The notes beneath the pieces are model-generated. The model ran no database searches. It was not told the DNA's origin and worked only from the letters and a program-made list of their open reading frames with translations. The position numbers and the translations under genes were made by a program. From Vitrella brassicaformis CCMP3155 (taxonomy: Eukaryota > Protista > Chromerida): 27,797 bases of DNA. The DNA lies in the NCBI GenBank assembly GCA_001179505.1, contig CDMY01000717.1, positions 1-27,797 of the forward strand, written 5' to 3'. This document shows, in pieces, positions 9,590-19,910 of the stretch (position 1 is the first letter of the stretch; every line of letters begins with the position of its first letter).

Positions 9590-12097
9590 ATGCACGTCGG
9601 TGTGGACGTGGGAACGGGTACCGAAACAAACACGGCAGAGATCTCTCATTCCTTTCTTCATTCACTCATTCATTTAGGCTCTGTGAGAGCGGCAGTGTTC
9701 GACATTCGCGGCCACTCGCTCTCGTCGGCCTCTCTGTAAGGCATGCAGCAGTGACGTGCAACGGGCGCTCTGAGCCTCTGGATGCGCTGTCAGTCATCAG
9801 CTCCTCTTCCTCCTTCCTTCTCACAGGCCCATCTCGACACACACGCCTCTTGCAGAGCACTACGAGCAGGCCAGCGATGAGATATGGCAGCAGTGCTGCA
9901 ATGCGGTAAGCCTGGATGGCAGGCAGGCAGGCAGGCAGACAGATAGACGTGGATGGATGAGAAACAAGAAAGAGAAAGAGATCGTCTTGCACCGTCCCGC
10001 ATAGGCTCCGCGTGTGTGTGGTCAGGTGCGTCAGTGTCTGTCTGCGATAGAGCAGAGGAGTCAGTTCGTGACGAGCGGGGAGAACACCGTGAGGAACCAG
10101 GTGGAATCCATCGCATTCGACGCCACATGCTCACTGGTACTCTACACCATGCACTGCACCCACCATCCACTTGGCCATGTCCATCTGTGTGTTTCTATAT
10201 CTGTGTGTGGGTGTGGGTGTCTGGATTGCAGGTCGTTCTCGACGGCAGCGACCGCCCCGTGTCGGTCACACCCACCGGAGTGGCACGGCGGAGCGTATGG
10301 AACGTGATCCTGTGGATGGACCACAGGGCTGTCGCGCAAGCCGACCGCATCAACAGCACCAACCACCCTGTCCTCGGTAGGCTCGTATGCCCGCAGGTAT
10401 CCAGCGGTCTCTCTCTCTCTCTCTCTCTCCGTGTGTTGGAAGGGTTTGTCGGTGGGAAGGTGTCGCCTGAGATGGAGTGGCCCAAGGTGCTGTGGCTGAA
10501 GGAGCACCTGCCGCAGTCGTTTGGGAGTGCGTGTGGGGGGAAGCTGATGGACCTCACCGATTACCTCACTTACAGGTGAGTGTGAGTGTAAGTGGCCAAG
10601 TAGGTCTGTCTTATGTGGCTGGGTGTGCTGCGTGTGCTGCCTGTGTGGTGTGGTGTGTGGTCAGGGCGACGGGTGTGGATGAGAGGAGCCAGTGCACCGT
10701 GACCTGCAAGTGGAACTGGATCGCACCCGTACACAGACCCACACACACACACACCACTCGCATCGCACAAAAAACAAACCCTGACGACCATGGTTTCTGA
10801 CTGACTGCAGGAGGCGGCCTCTCTCCTTCCCCAATCCTCCGAGCCCTACACAGACGGATGGACGGCCTCATTCCTCCAAGAGATTGGCGTGGCCGAGTTC
10901 GTCTCAGATGCTGAGAAGGCGAGGGCGGTCAAGGGCCAAAGTGGGGTGGGGGTGAGGCCGCTCGCCGCACCAGTAGGCAATGGGCTCTCGGCAAAGGTAA
11001 GTGGGTCAGTGGGTCAGGGGATTGTTCGCTGGGTGGATGTGCGTGTCTGTCGCTGCATTTTCACTTTCTGTGTGTCTGTGTCAGGCTGCCAGCGAGCTGG
11101 GGTTGCGTCAAGGCTGTGCTGTCGGTGTCGGACTCATCGATGCACACGCAGTGAGAAACACGCCTCCCTCCCTCCCTGCCACACCCACCGCCCACACACT
11201 TTCCCCCATCCATCCATCCATCCACATGTGCAGGGCGGCATCGGCCTTCTATCCCTCCGCTCCCCCGCCCCCTCGCCCTCCTCCTTCCCGTCGCGCTTGG
11301 CCATGGTGTCGGGCACGTCCACGTGCTACATGTTCACTAGCGATGATGCTGTGAAGGTGCCTGGCGTGTGGGGGCCTTACTATGGCGCCATGCTGCCCGA
11401 CAAGTGGCTGCTGGAAGCTGGTAATCGTCTGTGTGTTTGTGTACTCTCTCTCTCTGTTTTCTCTCTCTATCTATGTGTGTGTGTGTGGATTGATGTAGGT
11501 CAGAGTGCGACAGGCTCCTTCATCGACCACCTGTTGGTGTCCCATGCGGCGAGATACGACCCGCCCCTCGCCGACAAGCCACTGCACGACGTCCACAGGC
11601 ACCTCGCACACATACTGATGCAGCACGAGGGGGAAGACTGCCCCACCGTCCTGACGAAAGACATCCACATGACACCAGATGTGCACGGGAATCGCTCGCC
11701 CTTTGCGGACCCGCACAAGAGGGGTGTGGTGGTGGGGGCATCGTTGGAGAGATCGGTCAACCATCTGGCCGTCATGTATCTGGCTGCTCTACAGGTACAC
11801 CCACACCCACACCCACACACACCCCTTCCTCTGTATGTAGCCATGTGTGTGTGTGTGTGTGTATGCGTGTGTGGCAGGCAGTGGCGTATGGGTGCCGACA
11901 CATAATGCAGACAGTCGAGAGCAAGGGCCACCCCCACATAGAGACCATCTGTCTGTGTGGTGGGCTGGCCAAGAGCCCCCTGTTCGCGCAGCAGTGTGCC
12001 GACATCCTCCAGCGTGATGTGCTCATCGCACCGGAGGAGACCGACGCCGTGCTGCTCGGATCAGCCATCATAGGTCATTGGCACCACCACGCACACA

Positions 12098-12132
<35 letters not shown>

Positions 12133-12448
12133 TGTGTGTGGTGTACCAGTATGTGTCGTGGGTGCAGGTGCGGCAGCTTTGGAGGGTGGTGGCAGTGATG
12201 CGCTGCTGTCGGCCATGCAGCGGATGGGCCCCCTTGCGTCCCTGGTGCGGCCGACCTCCAAACCATCAATTGTCGACTTGCACGACAGGTGGGGTGGGTG
12301 GGTGCCTCTCAGTGGTGGGGAGAGATGGCACTCACACGGTGCCATGCATTTGCCTCTCTGTGTGTTTTCTGTGTATGTCAGGAAGTATGGTGTGTTTGTG
12401 AGGATGATGGAATTTGAGAAGGAGTGCCGAGATGCCATGCATTCATGA
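9590..12448 (+). CDS. FGGY: FGGY-family carbohydrate kinase (D-ribulokinase / FGGY pentulose kinase type), 14 exons
   Basis: Exons: 9590-9617, 9678-9735, 9827-9905, 10026-10136, 10232-10376, 10443-10575, 10665-10728, 10811-10996, 11085-11148, 11234-11420, 11499-11794, 11878-12073, 12168-12288, 12382-12448. Motifs: HVGVDVGTGSVRA, EQASDEIW, IAFDATCSLV, ILWMDHRA, VGGKVSPEMEWPK, RSQCTVTCKW, LIDAHAGG, GTSTCYM, PGVWGPY, PDVHGNRSPFADP, LCGGLAKS. Confidence 0.95.
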
Positions 12449-12482
12449 CCCCTCTGCATCATCACATGAATCATGATGACAC

Positions 12483-12538
12483 CGTGCCAAATCTTAGGGG
12501 TACGGCGTCAGGGTTCAGGGTTTACGACTTTAGGGTTC
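12483..12538 (+). repeat. Degenerate telomere-like element, copy 1
   Basis: cgtgccaaatc-ttagggg-tacggcg-tcagggt-tcagggt-ttacgac-tttagggttc: roughly 7-bp periodic T(T/C)AGGGT units. Confidence 0.75.
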
Positions 12539-12687
12539 CCCGGGGTAGCGCGGCCATCTCCCCTCCCCCTATCTATCCCTCCCTCCCTGCATCGGACAAA
12601 AGACTCTTGCGTGGTCCGTGAAGGCTCTTTGTGCCTGGTGTGCGTTATCCGATATCTCGCTTGACCACTGTGTTCCGCAACTATACA

Positions 12688-12738
12688 CGTGCCAAATCGT
12701 TAGGGTACGCAGGGTTCAGGGTTTACGGCTTAGGGTTC
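12688..12738 (+). repeat. Degenerate telomere-like element, copy 2 (direct repeat of 12483-12538)
   Basis: cgtgccaaatcg-ttagggt-acg-cagggt-tcagggt-ttacggc-ttagggttc shares both the unique leader and the unit order with copy 1. Confidence 0.75.
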
Positions 12739-12865
12739 TGCGCGGGCTGACGTTTCCATTGAGAGAGAGGACAAGAGGCATTTCTCTCTCCGCTGTCTAT
12801 CGAAAGCACTCAACCTCTGCAGCTGGGTACCAAGATCTGATCCTCTGTTGGTCTCTCTGCACAGC

Positions 12866-15682
12866 ATGGGCAACCAAGGCGGCGAAGCTTCAGCCTGGCT
12901 GAACGGCAGATCCAGGACGACTCGGAGCTCGGCATCGATGCAGCCATCACGGCTTTGTCGTTGCCCGGCTGGCTGCCGGATGTTGCTCTCGACAGCGCCC
13001 TCAAGACGCTCGCACAAGAGGCGAAAGGTCCAAGGGCGAAGCTCGTGCTCGAGCGGAAGTACAGCTGGCACCTGCTGCGGCGGCTATTCGATTCCTTCAC
13101 TGACGTCGGCAATAAGGGACGTCAGCAGATGGCAGCTGGCTGCTTCAGCAGCTGTGGCCACGGGGCCGTCCCGGCCAAGATCATCAGCGAGATGAGCGCG
13201 AACGATGTTTGGCCTCCGCCGAGTGCATCGATCACCGCCTTAGCCTCTGTGCTCGCTGACTGCAACGATGACGACAGCAAGGAGACCGCCTTCCTTATGC
13301 TGCACGGCCTCATGATGGATGGGCAGCACCACGGCAATCTAGCAGACTATCGAGAGTGTCTGGTGCAGCAGCATCCAGCCGTCCTCGACAGCGCCCTCGT
13401 GTACGTGGAGAGGATGAACTCCAAAGACGACAACGGCCTCCACGCCCTGGGCTTCCTCATGACTGCTTTCGACACCGATCCGCCGGCTGCCATGCCGACC
13501 TCGGTGTGGCTGGGACTATTCCGTGGTGCCGTCCGGATTGCGACACATGTGGACTCGGCGCTTCGGGAGTTCATGTGAGTTGCAGTGGCAGCGCACACGA
13601 GAGATAGACAGAGTGTCGTTGTCGTGGTGTCATTTCTGCGCGTTCGTCCTTTTGTCTTCAGGCACAGTAATGTTGTGGCAATCATGAAACTGGTCGCATC
13701 GAACACAGAATACGTTTTGGCCGGTAAGCTTGAAGACATCAAGGAGATGTAATTTTGAGTATCCCTCACACCGTTGCTGTCTTTGCTTGTGGTGCGTTTG
13801 TGCAGAGGCGGGGGACCGCGATGAGCTGTACCGGGGAGGCTGCATCTCAGTAGTGTCAAGGCTCGCGGGGCACATCAGCATGGGACCTTCAGACGAAGAG
13901 AACGTGGCCTTCTGTGCAAGGCATGTGCCGACGATCGTCGGGGAGGACACCGACCTTGGCCCGCACTCCGACCGAGCAAAGGTCAAGCTGACATCTGATT
14001 CCACACATGTATCGGCACAAACAAAAGACACTTTCTGTTGTGTGTGTCCTCTGCGTGCATGCAGATAGCCGTGCGGGATGGCCTCCCCGTGGCTCTCTGT
14101 CAGCTGACCCTCGCATGTATCAGGCACCACATCAGCCAGCAGCAGGTGGATACCTTCATCGCCTTCGCCATCAGCATTCTCCGTGCCCTCGTGAGGTACG
14201 CATCATACACATGTTCACACGCCGCCGTCTTCATCCGATGTTTCTGAGTATGCAGTTATGGCGATCGCGTGAGCAGCTGGCGCGGCACGTTCCGGCCGAA
14301 CAGTGTCACGCGAAGCATCCTACAGCACGACTCCGTCAAGACGATGCGCGCGGCCGAGGGGCATTTATCCAGGAAAAAGGGGCAGAAGCAGCAGCTGACG
14401 GTGCCGAAGGAGGTGAGGAGCAAACACGCAGAAATGATTCTCCATGCTGGGGCCTACGTGCGTGTGTATCTGTGTCTTGTGTGTGTCAGCTGTTGGATCT
14501 CTTCGCTGAGATCGAGAGTGCGGCAAACGAGCGGGCCGATGCACAGCTGGCGGCCGAGATGGGCATCGAGGACACCCATGGCGGCGGCAAAAAGACTGGC
14601 ACTAAGGGCGTCAAGGGCAGCAAGAAAGTGGCCAAAGCGGCCACCAGCACAGAGGCCATCGACACGAAAGAGACGTCAGCACCAAGGTGAGAGAGACCAC
14701 ACAGGCGCTCTCTCACCTCGTTTTGCTGACGGGTGTCCTTATCTCTGCTGGTCGACACACAGTGCTGCCGCCATCAACGACACATCGGAAGACCACAGCC
14801 ATCAGGAGCACGAGGAGGACACGGAGAAAGAGCATCATGACCTGCCTGCCTCCGCCAGTCCGTCACCTCCCTCACCTCACCGACCCTCAAGCTCGGCTGG
14901 CGCCCCCTCTGTGTCGGTGGGAGGCGGCCATGGGCAGCAGCAGCAAGGGCCGGCTGATGGCGGAGAGAATGACATCGGTGGGGGCTTCATCACGGTCGGC
15001 CGCAAGAACAAGAGCAAGAAGGGCAGGAGCAACAAATCGCCGCCACCACCACAGGGCGGCTATGCGCAACAGCAGCAGCGGCAGCAGCAGCAGGCCAACA
15101 CAGCAAACACAGCCGTCGCTCCATCTTCGTCCGCATCCACTCACCAGCCCTCATCTCACTCGTCGGTGCCTGATGGCGGCCCACGCAATGAGGCGCCGCA
15201 GCTGCCCTTTCCCCTGCCCCCTCGCCCGCCATTCCCGCCACCACAGGCGCCACCCCCACCAACACCCCCACCAGTACCAGCACCACTGCTAGGGATGGGT
15301 GATGGTGTGCAGGGTTCGCAGGGGGCGGTGGGAGTGAGTGAGGACGCAACGAGTGAGGTGGCGGCTTTGCGCAGGCAGCTCGAGGCACTGCGCATCGAGA
15401 AGGAGGCCATAGAGAGGGAAAAGGACAGGTAAGAAAGTGCGGAGGGAGGCCAAGAATTAACGTGTCTCTCTCTGTCATGTGTGTAATGTGTGCTGCAGGT
15501 TGGCGGAGAGCACCGAGTGTGACATCTGCATGGCCGAGAAGAAGTCCATCGTGCTCGTGCCATGCCGTCACTTCTGTTTGTGCGGCACGTGCGCTGATGC
15601 GTTGATGCGCCGGCCCCTCGACCAGCGGCTCTGCCCTCGATGCCGGCAGAAAATCACGGCCACCAAACGTGTGTATATCTAA
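12866..15682 (+). CDS. Putative RING-type E3 ligase: helical N-terminal region, low-complexity Pro/Gln/Ser region, short coiled coil, C-terminal C3HC4 RING; 8 exons, 5' end uncertain
   Basis: Exons: ~12866-13574, 13662-13723, 13806-13981, 14065-14195, 14256-14412, 14490-14686, 14763-15428, 15499-15682, all phase-compatible GT-AG. The last exon encodes ECDICMAEKKSIVLVPCRHFCLCGTCADAL...CPRCRQKI (IAP/MGRN-type zf-C3HC4_3 spacing). No in-frame ATG precedes the first coding-looking segment. Confidence 0.82.
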
Positions 15683-16694
15683 GCTGGTCAGCGTCACTCA
15701 GCTGTGGTGACCGCTGATAGCCTTTTGCCATGTGGATAGACACTGCGCGTGCATGTCAGCATGTCTGCAGTCAGGCACTGCTGGACTGAGCTCTCTCTCT
15801 ATGTGTGTATGCGATGTCTGTCGGCCGGTTGGTCGGAACGGTGTCTCTGTATGGGTGCACAACAGCTGCACACGACCTTCCTATTCTGCCATGCACGAGT
15901 TTTTGTCTTATGTGCGTCTATTTGACTGGAGATACATAGCTCAATGTCAGTTACGTGTACGTCAGCAAGATGTCTCTGCATGGCGAGGGGGGCAGGGAGG
16001 TGTTCGGCTTCGAGGAATGGACTGAGAGGCTGTTGCAGCAGATGGGAGACACGGCCACGAAAATGTTTGAGGGCGAAAAAGGAGAGTAAAGTGTTGAAGT
16101 GCTTGTAATGTGTTGGAGCTATGGAGACAAATACACAGAGTGAAAGTTCCAACAGAGAGGCGCGGCCTCGAATCCACTGAATGAATGTCGGTCACGTTCG
16201 TTTGAACGAGAGCGCTCGGCCAGTCCGGCTTGTGATTCTGTCTGCGATGGCCACATTGGCGGGCGGCGCCTCTTCACTGATTGCCTTCATCAACATATCT
16301 GTCCATACACATGACATACAATACACACGTGTGTGTCTCTGGGGTTTACGTGACGATCTGTGAGTCTGAAGACAAAATGTTTGTGAGTCAAAGATCCACA
16401 GGCACGGACCATACCAAGGGCATCTCACTTTGCTGTGCGGGCGGACTGATCGATTGAGAAAAATGATCACTGAGTCGGTCTGACGCCTGGCCTCATTCCA
16501 TGCACTGCCTCCATGCCCTTTTGGCACATGTGCGCCGCACCGCACCGCAACCGGCCGGCCACTCGTCACTCACACAAACAAGACGCCCTAGCAAGGTATG
16601 GCTTAAGGAAATGCGACCTAGCCCACAAGGCACCGCACACACCACCAACAAAACACAGCAGACGGAGGCAGGGAGGGAGGGAGGGAGGGAGCAG

Positions 16695-16994
16695 NNNNNN
16701 NNNNNNNNNNNNNNNNNNNNNNNNNNNNNNNNNNNNNNNNNNNNNNNNNNNNNNNNNNNNNNNNNNNNNNNNNNNNNNNNNNNNNNNNNNNNNNNNNNNN
16801 NNNNNNNNNNNNNNNNNNNNNNNNNNNNNNNNNNNNNNNNNNNNNNNNNNNNNNNNNNNNNNNNNNNNNNNNNNNNNNNNNNNNNNNNNNNNNNNNNNNN
16901 NNNNNNNNNNNNNNNNNNNNNNNNNNNNNNNNNNNNNNNNNNNNNNNNNNNNNNNNNNNNNNNNNNNNNNNNNNNNNNNNNNNNNNNNNNNNNN
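16695..16994. other. Assembly gap (300 N)
   Basis: Run of N, flanked by (GGGA)n on the left and poly-G on the right. Confidence 0.99.
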
Positions 16995-17026
16995 GGGGGG
17001 GGGGGGGGGACCGAAAAATGGCACAA

Positions 17027-17213
17027 TCAGAGCATGTATGTCACAACTAAGGCCTTGAACACTTCTTGGCTCGACTCGTCGGCTGCTGGTAGACTTGGCA
17101 CGGAAAATTGTCCTGGAGAGGGAGATAAGACAGACACAGCCATTCGCATGCTTGCGGTGCGTCGCCTGTGCGTTACCTCCTGAGTTTCTCCGGATGTAAT
17201 AATTGGCCTTCAT
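17027..17213 (-). CDS. Possible small spliced ORF (40 aa) or first exons of an unrecognised gene, with its ATG overlapping the upstream stop codon
   Basis: ATG at 17213-17211 overlaps TGA at 17212-17210. Exon 17213-17177, a 64-nt GTAACG...ctctccAG intron, then exon 17112-17027 give MKANYYIRRNSGGQFSVPSLPAADESSQEVFKALVVTYML*. No homology recognised; this could be a 3'-UTR intron. Confidence 0.25.
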
Positions 17214-19717
17214 CCTTCTCCCGCCGTGGTGGACGGGGCCACGGACTCCTGGATCGAAGCCGCCGATGACGTGGCAGGCAGTGTGGTGGGCGGCCCCTGT
17301 GGTGTGGGGCTCTCCAGTTGACCAGTGGCAGTGGCTGCCTGCGGCTGGGGGCCTTCTGACTCGGGCTGCTCCTCGGTGGGGGCGTCGACCGATCCGGCCG
17401 CTTCCGATGCACTGCTGGCGGATGGGCCGCCCTGCCCTTGGCCCTGGTCGTCGGCGCCGTTGCCGCCTGCGGGTGCAGGTGCAGGTGCAGCGACGTTGGC
17501 ATCCTGCTGAGGCCATATCACTGAGTGAGACACGCCATAGACAGCAGCACAGAGGAAGACTTCCTTCCTTGAGGGTGGCTGTAAGGTCGGCCTGACTGAC
17601 CAAATCTGGGTCGGATCGTGTTGATCTGAATGGCGTTGAATCTGCGTCTCATGTCGGTGGGATGATCGGGGTCCTGACAGACAGAAAGAGACAGACAGAG
17701 ACAGAGAGCGGCATCCTTGCCGCACCTGTCCGTTAGGTGTGACTCACTCACTGACCCAAGCGATTAGGTACTTCCCGTGGAGGAGGGGTTTATCTCCTCC
17801 ATCAACGAAGAATTTGAAACTATACTCGGCGATGCGACGAGGCACCGCATGCACAAAGTACCTGAATGAATGAACGAGAGACAGACAAACAGACAGAGTG
17901 CACTGTCTATGTGTTTGCTGTGTGTGGTGTGGTTGCCTACTTTCGGATGCGGCACCATTTCATCCTCACTGGGTCTTGCCACGGCGTGGCGGACCTTGCT
18001 GCGTCAACCTCCTCCGGTGGTGTGTCTTTTCCCAGATGGAGGTCAACGGTCCTCACGCTGATGTCGACGGTCTCCCCCTCCTGGTCCCACACAAACACGA
18101 CCTCGCCCTCCTCTTTCTTCTTTAGCTGCCGAGCAATATGCCCCCGCCACAGTCGCTGGATATCGGTGGCCCCAATGTCGCGAAAGATCATGATCCCTTT
18201 GATCTGCCACCATCGGTCCACGGCAGCCACAAACAGGTGAGGGGGTGCCATCGACGTGTGTGTGTGTGTGTCGGGTGCTGGCTGACCGACCTCGATTTCT
18301 TTTTGCCGCCATCTCACGGCTAGGACGCGACGCCGGCAGGATTGGATGAATGCCTGCGGGCGGGAAAAGGTCAACAAGGGGGTTTCTTCATGTGTGTGTG
18401 GACGAGGCAGGCCCAGCCACCACCCGCTCACCGCCTTGTCGTTTCTGCGTTTCTGTATGTTCTTGGTCTCCCTTTCGGATTTTGCCGCTTGTCGCCCTTT
18501 GCAGCCTTCATTTCGCAGACAGACAGACACACACAAACAGACGTGGCGGTGCGGTCGCGGCTGTCTGTCTGTCTGGCTGACCTCTGTAGAAGCTCTGTAT
18601 CTTGAGTGCCTTTGGCGTCACGGCAGCCTGATAGGTGAGATAGGCTTTGTGGAAGCGCTTTATTCTGCGGCTGAACCAGCCTCTGGCGCAACGCTGAATT
18701 GTGACCTGCACGGACCACCCAACAAACAAACACAGCAAACACACGGCCGCCCCCTTGAAGAGCCATTTGTCTCGCCCCGTCTCCCTCCACTACTCACCGC
18801 AGCCAGGTCCATCACCACCGCCCTCATGAGGCGGGATTTGCAACCGACACGCGGCGGCCCCGTGGTGGTGGATGCTGCTGCTGCTGCTGCTGTGGTGCTG
18901 GTAGTGGCGGTTGTTGATGCCGTGCGCTCTGAGCCTGGGGATCGGCCGTCGGAAGGGTCGGAGTGGCCGACATGCTCCTGGTCGGACTGGCGGACCTGGT
19001 TTCTGTCAAGGGGATGAGCCAGCCCCCGTAGGGAGCCCCTGCATGATAAAGCGCGGACGGATGGGCGGAGACACAGACCAGGGGAGACAGAGGCAGATGG
19101 ATTGATGGGTCGTTCGGTGGCCGCCTCTTCCTTTCAGACCTGACGAAGTGTTTCAGGCAGTCCACAAACGCCGGAATGTCCTCCGGCGGAACCTGCAGCC
19201 GAAAGGCCTGCGAGACACAACACACACAGATGCAGGAGGTAGGTCGGTGGGGTCGGGTATGGCGCGTCATGGACACGCTCCGAAGACAGGGCTGCTCAGC
19301 TCACCGTCGTGGCCGTCGCAGTGCTGCCTACTTCCACCCTGACACCATCACAAGGGCACAAGGAAACGACGAAATGCCTCACGCACTCCCCCACCGCCCA
19401 GGCATACCACCCACTCCNNNNNNNNNNNNNNNNNNNNNNNNNNNNNNNNNNNNNNNNNNNNNNNNNNNNNNNNNNNNNNNNNNNNNNNNNNNNNNNNNNN
19501 NNNNNNNNNNNNNNNNNNNNNNNNNNNNNNNNNNNNNNNNNNNNNNNNNNNNNNNNNNNNNNNNNNNNNNNNNNNNNNNNNNNNNNNNNNNNNNNNNNNN
19601 NNNNNNNNNNNNNNNNNNNNNNNNNNNNNNNNNNNNNNNNNNNNNNNNNNNNNNNNNNNNNNNNNNNNNNNNNNNNNNNNNNNNNNNNNNNNNNNNNNNN
19701 NNNNNNNNNNNNNNNNN

Positions 19718-19754
<37 letters not shown>

Positions 19755-19910
19755 AGCCCAAAATCCGTCTGTGCGCCCTTCCCCCTCTGTGCCCCACTCG
19801 TCCCTCTGCCGTGTGTGTGTGTGTGTGGCCACCCACTTGATGTAGGAGGAGCCAAAACGCTCGGACTCCTGCAGCCGCTCCGGGCTGTCCTCAACTTCGA
19901 CCCCACTCAT
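17210..19910 (-). CDS. IQ-motif (calmodulin-binding) protein with an AMPK-beta/CBM48-like glycan-binding domain, at least 11 exons (an assembly gap lies between exons 1 and 2)
   Basis: Exons (minus): 19910-19838, 19338-19305, 19207-19140, 19038-18798, 18705-18582, 18505-18432, 18353-18291, 18203-17941, 17861-17756, 17673-17601, 17520-17210. IQ motifs: VTIQRCARGWFSR, LKIQSFYRGCKGR, TDIQRLWRGHIAR. CBM48-like: VVFVWDQEGETVDIS...W.DPVRM...YSFKFFVDG...FNAIQI. The link between exons 1 and 2 crosses the gap at 19418-19717. Confidence 0.8.
19418..19717. other. Assembly gap (300 N)
   Basis: Run of N followed by a long poly-C tract. Confidence 0.99.

Noticed and set aside
12474-12750. Possible C/D snoRNA or hairpin RNA (TGATGA at 12474; GTGGTC...GACCAC inverted repeat at 12611-12668)
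   Set aside because: The C and D boxes are too far apart, the stem is only 6 bp, and no guide complementarity was recognisable.
16566-17603. 345-aa minus-strand Arg/Cys-rich ORF overlapping the last IQ-CBM48 exon
   Set aside because: It is an alternative frame with atypical composition that crosses an intron and a gap. The Ala/Pro/Gln/Ser frame ending at 17210 is the one phase-linked to the upstream exon.
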